From a virus: a stretch of DNA of 64,000 bases. The notes beneath the pieces were generated by a model. The model saw only the letters and a program-made list of their open reading frames with translations. It did no database searches and was not told the DNA's origin. Shown here in pieces: positions 45,801 through 55,495 of the stretch. The position numbers and the translations under genes are program-made. The DNA lies in the IMG/VR virus record IMGVR_UViG_3300044511_000013, positions 1-64,000 of that record, one strand, 5' to 3'. Positions within the stretch are counted from its first letter, which is position 1; each line of letters opens with the position of its first letter.

Positions 45801-46994
45801 TCACATCGCACCGATGAGAATGAGACCTGCCCCGCCTCGGCCACCGTCCCCGCCTGTGTGCGCCGTCACGGCTGCGTTGGTCCCGCCCAGTGTCACCGCC
45901 GTACCGTTCGGCGTCAGGCTCACCTGGAACGTGTTCGTCTGCACGTTGACCACGTAGTACTCCAGGCCCGTACCGGGAGGCACGGCAGTCGTCGTGAGCC
46001 CCGTGACCGTGCCGACTGCGCTGAACGTGATCGGCGTGTTGAGGGTCAGACCATGCGCCGTGAGCGAGAAGTCGCTGGTGGACACCTGGCCCGTCGGTGC
46101 GATCTGGAGCCCGGCCCCACCGCCACCGCCGCCACAGCCGTAGGCACCGTTGCCGCCACGCCCCGCAAAGGCCGTGTTGGCGCTCCCGCCACCGGTCCCG
46201 CCGTAGTTGACCAGTGGGAGCTGCCACGCCCCCGTGAACATGTGGCCGTCGGGTCCGTTCGCCGCCGCTACCCCGCCCGAAGTCGAGGGGAACGGCCCGG
46301 CCCCGGTGATCCCACCGCCTGCCGATGTGCCGTTGCCGCTCGTCAGGCCACCGCCGCCGCCCCCACCACAGCACCACTGGCCGCCCGACCCGAACAGTCC
46401 CGCTGCGATCCCGGCCCCGGTCGCCCCACCGTTGCCGCCAGTGCCACCAGGAACGCCGCCCCACAGACCGAGCAAACCGAGCGTTGCCTGCGATGACAAC
46501 GGGGCGGATGCACCGCTCCCGGCAGTGCCGCCGAGAGTGGCCGAACCGGTCCCACCGCCCAGCCCGCCCGCTGATCCCGACGCCAGCACGGTCGCCGCCG
46601 CTGCACTCGATGACGGATCGGTCACAATCTTCGCTGCCCCGCCCGTGTAGCCACTGCGCCTCGCCGTGCCGCCCGTGCCACCGTAAGGCACCACGAGATA
46701 GAGCACTCGTGGCAGAGCGTCTGCGGGCATGATCCGCCACGAAAGCGAGGCCCCGCCGCCTGCGCCCCCGCCGCCACGTGCAGCACCCGCCCCCGACTGG
46801 AAACCGCCTGCGCCTCCACCACCGCTGCCCACAGCGAGCATCCACAAGCAAGCCGTCCCTCGGGGCATCGGCCACTCGTAGACAACCGTTTCGGGTACCG
46901 AGGCCGCCGACGCTGAAACCTTGGGTGCGCTGGAACCCTCACCGCCGACCGTGAAGGTCTGAAGGCGCTCGGGGTCGCCAGGGAACCAGAACAT
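45801..46994 (-). CDS. glycine-rich virion protein
   Basis: WPMPRG..AVGSGGGG; inserted HGLTLN..YYVVN..TFQVS domain. Confidence 0.75.
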   Translation of the reverse strand: MFWFPGDPERLQTFTVGGEGSSAPKVSASAASVPETVVYEWPMPRGTACLWMLAVGSGGGGAGGFQSGAGAARGGGGAGGGASLSWRIMPADALPRVLYLVVPYGGTGGTARRSGYTGGAAKIVTDPSSSAAAATVLASGSAGGLGGGTGSATLGGTAGSGASAPLSSQATLGLLGLWGGVPGGTGGNGGATGAGIAAGLFGSGGQWCCGGGGGGGLTSGNGTSAGGGITGAGPFPSTSGGVAAANGPDGHMFTGAWQLPLVNYGGTGGGSANTAFAGRGGNGAYGCGGGGGGAGLQIAPTGQVSTSDFSLTAHGLTLNTPITFSAVGTVTGLTTTAVPPGTGLEYYVVNVQTNTFQVSLTPNGTAVTLGGTNAAVTAHTGGDGGRGGAGLILIGAM

Positions 46995-47003
46995 GTGGTC
47001 CCC

Positions 47004-47510
47004 CTAGTACTGGCCGCCGAAGCCCGTCAGGTGATAGCCGCCGTTCGTCGTAGTGCCGATGACGGCCCCGAACGTGACGTAGACCCGGTAGTTGGCCTTG
47101 ATCGGCTTGTTGATGGGGAAGTCCTGCCACGGCGTGGCCAAGGTCGTACTGAACGTCATCGCCGGAACGTTGTACTCGGCGAAGATGCTCGTGTTGGCCG
47201 ACGTTGTGACCGCACTGCCGTTGTTGAGCCACACACGCATGACCGCCGCCGAGCTGCTGACCGTGGAAGCCAACGTGACCCGGATGCTGCCCAGCAAGCT
47301 GCCGTTCGCACCCGAAGTCCACACCAGGAACGCCGTCGGAGCCGTGTTCACGCCGTCGCCGACCAGGAAGGCAGGGCTGGAACCCGCAGAGTGGAAGTGG
47401 GTGTAGGCAGTCGTCCCGGCCCTCGACACGTTGGCGGTGCCGCCGCCCTCGGTGACGTTGGCGATCTGAGAGTCCGGCGTGGGCCAAACAGGCAACGTAT
47501 TGGCAGGCAC
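47004..47510 (-). CDS. hypothetical virion protein
   Basis: MPANTLP..GANGS..VMRVWLNNG..GGQY. Confidence 0.65.
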   Translation of the reverse strand: MPANTLPVWPTPDSQIANVTEGGGTANVSRAGTTAYTHFHSAGSSPAFLVGDGVNTAPTAFLVWTSGANGSLLGSIRVTLASTVSSSAAVMRVWLNNGSAVTTSANTSIFAEYNVPAMTFSTTLATPWQDFPINKPIKANYRVYVTFGAVIGTTTNGGYHLTGFGGQY

Positions 47511-48422
47511 CTAGCTCACCCCCGTGAAGTAGCGGCCCGACCCCGACCCGAGCATCGGGCTGAGCCATTGGCTGATGAGAATGCGCCGGTCGGCGATCAT
47601 CCCGTCGTTGGCCCCCGGCGAGGCCGTCGGGTTGACGATGGCCGTGTCGTTGTTGCCGATGAACACGGCTGCGAGCACGCACACGGTGAGGTTGCCGTCG
47701 GCATCCACAGGAAGCGCAGGGTAAGCCGGGCTGGCCGCCGCCGTCCCCGGAAGCACCCACACTGCGCCACTCTCGGTGTGCTGCCGCCACGTCATCGTCG
47801 TGGTGCCGATCGTGATGGTGCCGACATTGGTCAACCAGAACTTGAGGCCCTTGTTCGTGGTCCCGGCGATCACAGGCACACTGTCCCCGGTGAGCAACTC
47901 GCCGGTCGCATCGGCATCGGTGGCCCTCGTCGGCGCACCCGAGCTGTTCACGGTGTAGATGCCGTTGTCGGAATTCCCTTGGTCCTTGATGAGGATGCGG
48001 TCCCCCGTGATGAGCGTGACGCCATCGACCACAGAGTTGTTGGCGAAAGACGAGTTCATCGTGCCTGAAGTGGTTGTCGCCACTCTGACCGCCATGAGCG
48101 CACGGGTCGGAGCCGCCACCACGAGGTCGAGCCGGTGCAGCGAGGCGTGAGAACCGCCGATGACCAAGGCCGTCGAGCTGTTGGCGATCGCATCGAGGCC
48201 CGCCGACTGGCCTTGGACCATGAACTGGCCCGTGTCCAGGTCGAGCGTCATGTTGGCCCCCGCCGCACGGGCCTTGACCTTGCACCCGGAGATGACCCCG
48301 GTGAGCGCAAAGGGCGCTGAAAGGATCAGGAAGTCGCCCGAGTCCAGCCCGGAGAGCGCTACGAAGCCCGATGGCGCTGGGTCAACGGCAGCGCCTGCGT
48401 CGTTGAGCAGGTCGAAGGCCAT
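47511..48422 (-). CDS. virion protein with DRILxKDQ..NGxY module
   Basis: Shares the module with the N-terminus of 10661-14101. Confidence 0.7.
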   Translation of the reverse strand: MAFDLLNDAGAAVDPAPSGFVALSGLDSGDFLILSAPFALTGVISGCKVKARAAGANMTLDLDTGQFMVQGQSAGLDAIANSSTALVIGGSHASLHRLDLVVAAPTRALMAVRVATTTSGTMNSSFANNSVVDGVTLITGDRILIKDQGNSDNGIYTVNSSGAPTRATDADATGELLTGDSVPVIAGTTNKGLKFWLTNVGTITIGTTTMTWRQHTESGAVWVLPGTAAASPAYPALPVDADGNLTVCVLAAVFIGNNDTAIVNPTASPGANDGMIADRRILISQWLSPMLGSGSGRYFTGVS

Positions 48423-48425
48423 GCA

Positions 48426-48662
48426 TCAGTCCTGCACCGAGTCGTTGCGGGCCGTGTCGAGCAACGTGGCTGCGATCAGGTCGTATGCATCGGCCTTGGC
48501 CAGCGTGGCCGCCACTGCGAGCATCGCCGCCTGGGCCGTGCCCTCAGGATCATCCGACAGGTCCGCCATGAGCTTGCCGAAGTCGGCTTCGAGCTTGGCA
48601 GCCTCCCGAAGGTGCGCCGCCAGGCCGTGCCAATCGAACGCCGCAAGTGTCTGCTGATCCAT
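48426..48662 (-). CDS. hypothetical protein
   Basis: RBS GGGG; fits between neighbours. Confidence 0.55.
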   Translation of the reverse strand: MDQQTLAAFDWHGLAAHLREAAKLEADFGKLMADLSDDPEGTAQAAMLAVAATLAKADAYDLIAATLLDTARNDSVQD

Positions 48663-48670
48663 CGGTCCCC

Positions 48671-49147
48671 TTAGTCCGTGGCCCGGAAGAACACACCGGA
48701 GTTGGCCGTCACGTCGGAGCCGTCCGGCGTGATCGCAAAGTCGTTGAACGTGAGCGGCGTGATGTTGGCATCGGTGCCCGCCCCCGTGTCGGCGTCGTAA
48801 CAGACCACCAGGTGCGTGCTCGCCCCGCCGCCCGAAGCCACTGCGCTCCAGGTCATGGCCGGAAGGCTCACGTCGTAGCGGTTGTTCGTGTCATCCGGCG
48901 CTGGCAGGTTCGCCAACTCGACATCGGTAAGCGTCTTGCGTGCCCAGTTGTTCGTGTTGCGCTCCACCACGCCCGAAATGGCCAGGAGGGCCGTGAGCGT
49001 GTCGGCGTCCTTCATCGAGTCGTCGGTGGCGGCCCCTTGCGTGATGACCACAACGATCAGTGCGCTCGCACTCGGGTCGTTGTTCTCAACCCGGTTGTAG
49101 TACTCGACAACCCGGCCCTTGGCGATGTTGGCGACAAACGATGCCAC
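48671..49147 (-). CDS. conserved actinophage virion protein
   Basis: NIAKGRVVEYY..D.DTL..RKTL..VCYD.DT..PDGSD. Confidence 0.7.
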   Translation of the reverse strand: MASFVANIAKGRVVEYYNRVENNDPSASALIVVVITQGAATDDSMKDADTLTALLAISGVVERNTNNWARKTLTDVELANLPAPDDTNNRYDVSLPAMTWSAVASGGGASTHLVVCYDADTGAGTDANITPLTFNDFAITPDGSDVTANSGVFFRATD

Positions 49148-49214
49148 GGAGGTCTCCTCGGCTTGGTTCTAGGGCCGAGGGTAACGGGGCCGCTGGGCCA
49201 GGTGGTGCTCTTGC

Positions 49215-50669
49215 TCACTGGATGATCCACGGGGAGTCTCTGGTGAACTGGTCGACCATGGGCAGTGCAAAGGGCCTGATCCCGGTGCGTACCCGCCATG
49301 CGAGCGCATCCGCCACCACGCTGTCAGGAGGATGGCCCCGGCCCGACCTTGATCCCGAGCCGTAGCCGCCAAACAGGTCGATCTGCCGGGTGTACAGATG
49401 CTCCTTGTACACGAACTCGATCATCGGGCTGCGCAACTCGTCGGCCTCGATCGCAGCGACGTACTCGGCGAAGATGGCCTCCCGCTCCCGGCCGACCATC
49501 ACAACGTCGTGCACAGGGTGCCGTAGCCGCACCCCGAGGTCCGTGAGCATGTCGCCGACCACGTTGCCGATCCCGGTCGCATCATGGGCGAGCGGTCCTG
49601 GGTAGCGGTCCAGCCGGTCGACCACTTTGCGCACCATGACCGGCCACGGGAGCTTGTTGGTGCGCTCCCATGCGACCCGCTGCCATGGCCGCTGGGTTGT
49701 GTCCCAGGTGCTGATGACGGTCCAGTCCTGTTCCTTGGCCCAGTCGACCCCGGTGGCGTACTTGCGGCCCGCCCTCGGCTGCCTGATGATGAGCTGCTTG
49801 TCGGGCAGGCCCGCCCAGGACCCCTCCTCGGCATCGAACATGCGGGCCAGCGCATCCCCGTCGATCGCCCGGTCGCCGATGCTGGGTTCCTGAAGGTCGT
49901 ACTCCACCCGCCACATGGCCTCGGAAACCTCGGCCCGCTTCAGGTCCATCATCTCCTGGGTGAGCCACCCGTCGATCGGGTTCGAGGTCTCCCGGTAGCA
50001 CCACTCCCGCACCGGCCAGCCCTTCTGCACCGCTCTGCGCAGCATCTCGGCCATCGTGGCGTCCGGGTACTGGTGGGTACTCGACATGCACGTCATCTGA
50101 CGGATGCCCCGCTTCGACATCGGCTGGCCTTGCGCCGCCTCCAGGATCGGCAGGTCCATCTCGTCGATCTCGTCCAGGAGCAACCATTGGGGGTGCGGGC
50201 CACGAACGCTGCGCTGGCTGGCCATGAGCGCCCGGATCGAACCCCGGTTGATGAGCTTGGTCTCCATGACCGTGGGTTCCTGCTTCAGGAGGAACCTCGG
50301 AGCCCGGCTGCTGAACCACGCCTCGGTCATGATGTTGTGCACACTCTGGCTCTGCGCAGCACTGCCGCCGAGCAACGTGATGCCGCACCCGAAGACGGCC
50401 GCCCCCGTGATGCCCAGAAGGGCGAGGGTCTGGCTCTTGCCCCCGAAGCCCCGGCTGGCCTTCCACAAGATGACCGGGTAGCGCATGAAAAAGGCATCGG
50501 CGAACGCCTGGAACGGGGTGCAATGGTCAGGGCAGACCGGGGTCCTCGGGATGTTGACGCCCCAGAGAAGCTGCACCGCTGCGTGCAACTCGTCGTCGTC
50601 CTGCGGCAACGGAATCTGGTAGTGCTGATTCTGCTGCCAGTCGGCCCGGTCAACGGTAGGCGTAGACAT
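49215..50669 (-). CDS. terminase large subunit
   Basis: VCPDH..P, ASRGFGGKS Walker A, LLLDEIDE Walker B, GVDWAK nuclease, HPPDSVVA; start reassigned to ATG 50669. Confidence 0.88.
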   Translation of the reverse strand: MSTPTVDRADWQQNQHYQIPLPQDDDELHAAVQLLWGVNIPRTPVCPDHCTPFQAFADAFFMRYPVILWKASRGFGGKSQTLALLGITGAAVFGCGITLLGGSAAQSQSVHNIMTEAWFSSRAPRFLLKQEPTVMETKLINRGSIRALMASQRSVRGPHPQWLLLDEIDEMDLPILEAAQGQPMSKRGIRQMTCMSSTHQYPDATMAEMLRRAVQKGWPVREWCYRETSNPIDGWLTQEMMDLKRAEVSEAMWRVEYDLQEPSIGDRAIDGDALARMFDAEEGSWAGLPDKQLIIRQPRAGRKYATGVDWAKEQDWTVISTWDTTQRPWQRVAWERTNKLPWPVMVRKVVDRLDRYPGPLAHDATGIGNVVGDMLTDLGVRLRHPVHDVVMVGREREAIFAEYVAAIEADELRSPMIEFVYKEHLYTRQIDLFGGYGSGSRSGRGHPPDSVVADALAWRVRTGIRPFALPMVDQFTRDSPWIIQ

Positions 50670-51816
50670 GCACTTCCCCTCGGCCTCCTGCGCCGCCTGC
50701 GCCACTGTTGGTCCCGTTCGCACTGGCACCCCCGCCGCCACCGCTGCCGCCTCGTGCACCGCCTGCCCCACCGGCATAGCCGCCCCCACCGCCTCCAGCG
50801 CCCCCACAGCCGCCTCCGGTCGTACCTGCGGCCCCAGCGCCTCCTGCGCCGCCACTCCCGCCTGCGGGGCCGGTAAGAGCCGTTCCTGCGCCCCCAGCGC
50901 CCCCGTCGAGGTTCGTATCGCCCGTGGTGATGCTGCCCCCAGCGCCTCCGGCCGCCCCAGTGGTCCAGGAAAGCGCATTGCGGCCCACAATGCCGCCCAA
51001 TGCGGTCGCCCCCGAAGGGCTCGCCCCAGGAATCACGTTCGGCCAGGCTGTGATGTCGCTCCCGGCCCCACCAAGGCCCCCGCCTGCGGCTTGGCCGCCT
51101 TTGCCCCCGAGACCGCCCGCCACGCTCAAGTGGGTGCCGAAACTCGTGGTGCCGCCGTTGCCCCCGTCGCTGCCGTTCGTGTCATTGGACGTGACCGCTG
51201 CGCCTGCGGTCCCGCCTGCGCCGATCGTGATGGCCACCGTGGTCCCTAAGGACCCTGCCGGTATCCGTATCCAGCCGCCTCCACCGGCCCCACCAGAACC
51301 TCCGCCTCTGCGATCGGTCCCCGCAGCGCCACGCCTGCCAGATGCGCCCCCTCCCGCAGCGCCCCATACGAACACGTCCACGTACCTCGTGCTGGGGTGC
51401 TTGATCCAGGTACCCGTCGCCGTGAACTGCTGAAGGTCCGCCTGGTCCTGCGCCACGATGGTCCAGGTCGTAGCCCCGTCAGTGCGCAGCCGCAGATAGG
51501 ACCTCGGGTTCAGGAGCGGAAACGCAGTCGTGTTGCTGAAGCCCCCGATCTGGTCCCCGGCATAGGGGTCGTCAGGATCGCCGGTAAGCCCTTCTGCAAC
51601 GACCTGCACATAGGTCCCGGCCACGGCATTGCAGGCCCCGTACTCGTCCACGAGCATCATCTCGAAGCCCTCGGGCAACATGCCCGCCCGAGGCAGCTTC
51701 CACGTGCGCACGGCCGTCAGGCTGGCCGCAGTGCGCACCACGCAAAAGTTGTCGCCGTAAGGCGCTTCTGGCGCTACGTGCCGGTCGTAGTCCCCAACGG
51801 ACAGTGTGGCGCTCAT
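50650..51816 (-). CDS. glycine-rich virion protein, paralog of 43629-44834
   Basis: Shared RxWxLP..LRxDG..W..AQ N-domain and GGASGRxGAxGTDR. Confidence 0.75.
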   Translation of the reverse strand: MSATLSVGDYDRHVAPEAPYGDNFCVVRTAASLTAVRTWKLPRAGMLPEGFEMMLVDEYGACNAVAGTYVQVVAEGLTGDPDDPYAGDQIGGFSNTTAFPLLNPRSYLRLRTDGATTWTIVAQDQADLQQFTATGTWIKHPSTRYVDVFVWGAAGGGASGRRGAAGTDRRGGGSGGAGGGGWIRIPAGSLGTTVAITIGAGGTAGAAVTSNDTNGSDGGNGGTTSFGTHLSVAGGLGGKGGQAAGGGLGGAGSDITAWPNVIPGASPSGATALGGIVGRNALSWTTGAAGGAGGSITTGDTNLDGGAGGAGTALTGPAGGSGGAGGAGAAGTTGGGCGGAGGGGGGYAGGAGGARGGSGGGGGASANGTNSGAGGAGGRGEVHVYAYR

Positions 51817-52028
51817 CCCCGGAACTTGACCCCGAACTGTTCCCACGCCACCAACACGAGCGCCTCGTTGCGCTCGAAGCCCGCCGCCACCAGTGCGTTG
51901 AACTGCAACCGCAGCCACTCGGCCCGCATCGTGTAGGTCTCCACCGGCATATCGTCGAGGAGCCGCTTGATGGCCTCCGCCTCCGGCTTGCTGATGGGCT
52001 CGAAATCGTCCATGTCGTCGTCCGTCAC
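51813..52028 (-). CDS. hypothetical protein
   Basis: RBS GGAGGGGG; ALVAAGF..EAL motif. Confidence 0.55.
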   Translation of the reverse strand: MTDDDMDDFEPISKPEAEAIKRLLDDMPVETYTMRAEWLRLQFNALVAAGFERNEALVLVAWEQFGVKFRG

Positions 52029-52177
52029 TGGTCCCCCTCCGTCATCTCCCGTAGGTCCCGCATACGGCGCTCCCATTGGCCGATCGAGTCCCCAGGAAGG
52101 CCCCGATGGCGAGCCCGGCCTATGGCCAGGATGAAAAAGGCCGCCCGTGCCGCCACAAGCGCTGCGAGCACGATCAT
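52025..52177 (-). CDS. small membrane protein
   Basis: Hydrophobic N-terminus; overlaps both neighbours. Confidence 0.45.
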   Translation of the reverse strand: MIVLAALVAARAAFFILAIGRARHRGLPGDSIGQWERRMRDLREMTEGDQ

Positions 52178-52389
52178 GCATACCCTGCCTGTGCCTGCTG
52201 TTGCTGCTGCCTGAGCACTGCCAGCCGCTGCTGCGAGTAGCGCCTCGACTTCTCGTCGGCCGCCTGCGCTGCGTGCAGCTCCCATTCGATGGTCTCGCAC
52301 GTCTCGACATGGCGCACCCGCTCACGGCGATGTAGCCAAGCCCCGCAGTAGGGGCACGAGCCTCGCACCGGCACCACCAATTGGTCCAT
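52174..52389 (-). CDS. small zinc-finger protein
   Basis: CPYC..H...C. Confidence 0.5.
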   Translation of the reverse strand: MDQLVVPVRGSCPYCGAWLHRRERVRHVETCETIEWELHAAQAADEKSRRYSQQRLAVLRQQQQQAQAGYA

Positions 52390-52475
52390 CCCGGCCATCG
52401 AAGCAGATTGGCCCGGTGCGGGGTGGCTCCTGCCTGCGAGCGGGAAGCAATCGGGTCCCCGCACCGGACGCCCTT

Positions 52476-52718
52476 CTATGCACGAGCCAGGTTCGACCTG
52501 CGTACATCGACGATCTCCGCCTGGCTCATCACGATGTCCCGGATGAGCTGTGCGCCCGCCTCCTTGGATTCGACCTCCATGACCTTGCGCTCATTGCCCC
52601 CCGTCCTGAGCAAGACCCATAGCTCGCCCTCCGTCCTCATGCCGACCTCCAGCAACGTGACCATGCCGAGGTTGGCCGCAGTGCCGTCGTAACAGATCAA
52701 CCACTTCCACGGACGCAT
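52476..52718 (-). CDS. hypothetical protein
   Basis: RBS GGGAG before ATG 52718. Confidence 0.55.
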   Translation of the reverse strand: MRPWKWLICYDGTAANLGMVTLLEVGMRTEGELWVLLRTGGNERKVMEVESKEAGAQLIRDIVMSQAEIVDVRRSNLARA

Positions 52719-52731
52719 GTCGCTCCCTTCC

Positions 52732-53112
52732 TCACGGGCCTTGGTGACCGTTGCCCCGGATGAAGTCGAACACGTTGGGCACGGTGGGCTGCCGGACCCC
52801 TTGCAGAAGCTTGCTCTGGCGCACCTGGGGGATGACATCGAGCAACATACGGGCCACAAGGGTCTCGTATTCGACCTCCCATCGCTCCCGCAGTGTCATC
52901 CCGACCTCGTACTCGACATCGAGGGGTGCATCGAGCACGTTCACGAGCGCCTCGATCCTGAGGTTCACGATGCTTGCCCCGTCGATCTGAGCCCCACTCG
53001 CTTGGAGCACGGTGGCGTAGTGGCCGTTGTGGGCAATCAGGGCGGCATGGCGCTCCCGCCTGTCAGGTATGCCCACGATGGCGTCGATGTCGGGCTGGTA
53101 CTGGTCGGCCAT
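52732..53112 (-). CDS. hypothetical protein
   Basis: RBS GGAGGGG before ATG 53112. Confidence 0.55.
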   Translation of the reverse strand: MADQYQPDIDAIVGIPDRRERHAALIAHNGHYATVLQASGAQIDGASIVNLRIEALVNVLDAPLDVEYEVGMTLRERWEVEYETLVARMLLDVIPQVRQSKLLQGVRQPTVPNVFDFIRGNGHQGP

Positions 53113-53120
53113 GTCCCCTC

Positions 53121-53432
53121 CTACAACTCCACGAACTCGGTGACGCTTGTCCCGCACTCCCGGCACGTTGTGAGCACGTCCATTCTGGCGACCCCTTCGC
53201 CCGCCACGAGCCCATGGCCCCCGGTGCTGATCCCTCTCGCTGCAAGACCTCGGTCGTACTGCCCGTTGGGGCACCCGTACGCATGGCCTGCGTGCAACCC
53301 GAACCTGCGCAGCTTCACGTTCTCGGTCCAGCCCAGTAGGTCGGCCTCGGTGTAGGTCAGGTTGACCAGGTGCAGGTCCCCCGTGAGCTTCAACGGCACC
53401 TTGCGCCTCGTGGTCCCTGGTATGCCCATCAC
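53121..53432 (-). CDS. hypothetical protein, possible Zn binding
   Basis: H..GC..CREC; overlaps previous ORF. Confidence 0.5.
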   Translation of the reverse strand: MMGIPGTTRRKVPLKLTGDLHLVNLTYTEADLLGWTENVKLRRFGLHAGHAYGCPNGQYDRGLAARGISTGGHGLVAGEGVARMDVLTTCRECGTSVTEFVEL

Positions 53433-54052
53433 ACGCTCCCGTTCTTGTGGCCGTTCTGGTGTCCGTTCCTGTGGCCGTTGGTCGGTGGAGGTGGCATCTC
53501 GATGGTCCCGCTGCCTACCTCGATGACATCCCGGCTGCGGTCCTGGCGCTCCACCAGTGCCTTGACCTGTTCGACAAAGCTGGCCTCATCGTCCCCGCCG
53601 ATCACAAGGGTCCCAGTGACTGCCTCGTCTGCGAGCTTGGTGACGTGCTCTGCGATCGCACCCGCCAGGAGGTTCTCCTGGCGCTGCATGATGTTGAGGA
53701 AGCGGTCCATGAAGGGCAACGCATCGTTGGCGAGCATCATGAGGGGGTTCCCGTCCCGGTCGGTGATCGGGTTCCCTTGGGAGTCGGTGAGTGCCTCCCG
53801 GCGTGTCGCTCTGGTCCAGAGGAGCGCCTGAAAGGTCGAGTACTGCTGCATGTGGATGGCGAGGACCATCTTGGCCGAGTCCCCGTGCAGTGCCGTCAAC
53901 GCCTCGTAGACCGAAGTCTGTGCTGATCCCTCACTGGCGTACCCGAGCATCTCGGCGATCTGCCGGTACGTGAGTCCCGCCTTGCGTAGCTCCACGGCCT
54001 CACGTTGCCGTTGGCGATGGTTGATCGTGGCGGTCGTACTGCGCTTGGCCAT
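53429..54052 (-). CDS. HTH protein, probable terminase small subunit
   Basis: AVELRKAGLTYRQIAEMLGY HTH; upstream of terL. Confidence 0.7.
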   Translation of the reverse strand: MAKRSTTATINHRQRQREAVELRKAGLTYRQIAEMLGYASEGSAQTSVYEALTALHGDSAKMVLAIHMQQYSTFQALLWTRATRREALTDSQGNPITDRDGNPLMMLANDALPFMDRFLNIMQRQENLLAGAIAEHVTKLADEAVTGTLVIGGDDEASFVEQVKALVERQDRSRDVIEVGSGTIEMPPPPTNGHRNGHQNGHKNGSV

Positions 54053-54266
54053 TTCCCGGCCTCCTAGTGGTCCCGGCTTCGCAGCCATGTCCCACCCGAG
54101 CGTAGCCTTGGCCGGTTGGTCGAGCGGGGTCTCTAGGCCGGGAGTCCCCGCTCCCAACACATTGGTTGGCCAATATGAAACGCCCCCCGCACCAGCGGAT
54201 GGGGTCGCTGATCACGAGGGGCGTTTCTTGCTCTCTTGGAGATGAGCACCGGAAGGGTAAGGGCCT

Positions 54267-54512
54267 CTACTCCGCCACGTCCGGTGTGCTGATACTAGGA
54301 CTATTGGTACTGGTTGGCAAGTCGGGAGGTTGGTTGGCCTGTTGGGCCCGCTCCCACTCGTGGAGTGCACCACGTAGGGCCAGTGTCTCCCGCTGATAGT
54401 CCCGCCGTGCTGCCATCGCCCGGTCCCATGCCTCGATCACGTAGTCGGGGATCACAATGTCACCCCCGCCACGTACCACAACGCCAGGAACACGATGGCA
54501 CCCGCCAGCCAC
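54267..54512 (-). CDS. hypothetical protein (start uncertain)
   Basis: Short helical ORF filling the gap. Confidence 0.35.
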   Translation of the reverse strand: MAGGCHRVPGVVVRGGGDIVIPDYVIEAWDRAMAARRDYQRETLALRGALHEWERAQQANQPPDLPTSTNSPSISTPDVAE

Positions 54513-54524
54513 TGGATGATCCGC

Positions 54525-55034
54525 TTACCACGCATCGTGGGCACCTACCTGTGTGTTGTCAAAGTGGACGGCCATCCCGACCTTGGTGAACACCTGTTGA
54601 GTGCACCCGATCCGGGCAAGACATCTACCAAAGATGCCATAGGCCAGGTACCTGTACCCGCCGTAGGGACGCTGCCAGTGGTAGTAGCCCCGCACGGTTG
54701 GTTGGTGTCTCCCGTCGAAGGTCCAGCCGAGTGCTGCACCGATGGCGGTGACATCCGGCCGTTCACTGGTCGACTGGTGGTACACCCGTGATCCCGTGCA
54801 CCAGTGCATGGTGACGCTGTGGGACCACATCGTGCCCAGTAGTGCCCGGCCCTTGACTCGCTGTGTCCACACCCAACACGGCGTACCTGTGGCTGTGGTT
54901 GCTTGCATGACTGGACGTGTGCTGATGACCTCGATGGCCACGAGTGCCCCGCCGTCGTCGGCCGCATGGGCCTGCGTAGGCACTGCGTTGAAGCCCCCGA
55001 GCGCCAGTAGCGCCACGAGGATGACTCTGCGCAT
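54525..55034 (-). CDS. secreted protein
   Basis: Strong RBS; signal peptide MRRVILVALLALGG..AHA; four Cys. Confidence 0.7.
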   Translation of the reverse strand: MRRVILVALLALGGFNAVPTQAHAADDGGALVAIEVISTRPVMQATTATGTPCWVWTQRVKGRALLGTMWSHSVTMHWCTGSRVYHQSTSERPDVTAIGAALGWTFDGRHQPTVRGYYHWQRPYGGYRYLAYGIFGRCLARIGCTQQVFTKVGMAVHFDNTQVGAHDAW

Positions 55035-55100
55035 CCTGCTCTCCTTCCTGTCCTGTTGCCACCTACATCGGCAGCTTGGACAGAAACTTGAGCTGATTCG

Positions 55101-55469
55101 CTACTTCTTCTTGGCCTTCTGTGCCCCGACCTTGGCGGCCTTGGCTGCCTGCTGCGCCGCTGCCTTGGCTGCGATCCCGGCGTTGGCCAGTGCGGTCTTC
55201 TTGGTGGCCTTGAACGCCTTGGCGGGCTTGGCGATGTTGGTGATCGCTCCCGCTGGCTTCGGTCCCCCGGTCGACTTGAGCGCCACCCCGGCCTTCTTGG
55301 CCGGTGCTGCCGTGCTGCCTGTCTTGTTACGTGCCGGTGCGTACTTGCCCGGCTGTGCGTTCCTCGGGTTCCTCGACGCTGGCCTCGGTGGCGTGAAGGG
55401 CGGCTTCTTGTTGCCGCCCGCCCCCATCGCAGCGGAGATGGCCCGTCGTTTCTGTCCAGCAGGCTTCAT
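55101..55469 (-). CDS. Lys/Ala-rich basic (histone-like) protein
   Basis: RBS GGAG; no Asp or Glu in the whole product; many AKK/KAA units. Confidence 0.6.
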   Translation of the reverse strand: MKPAGQKRRAISAAMGAGGNKKPPFTPPRPASRNPRNAQPGKYAPARNKTGSTAAPAKKAGVALKSTGGPKPAGAITNIAKPAKAFKATKKTALANAGIAAKAAAQQAAKAAKVGAQKAKKK

Positions 55470-55495
55470 GGCACCAGTCTCCCACCTCGATGGGG

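Noticed and set aside
14117-50876. Long plus-strand ORFs (e.g. 17051-18889, 24597-26174, 39936-41390, 41726-42958)
   Set aside because: Antisense shadows of high-GC minus-strand genes with no recognisable motifs.
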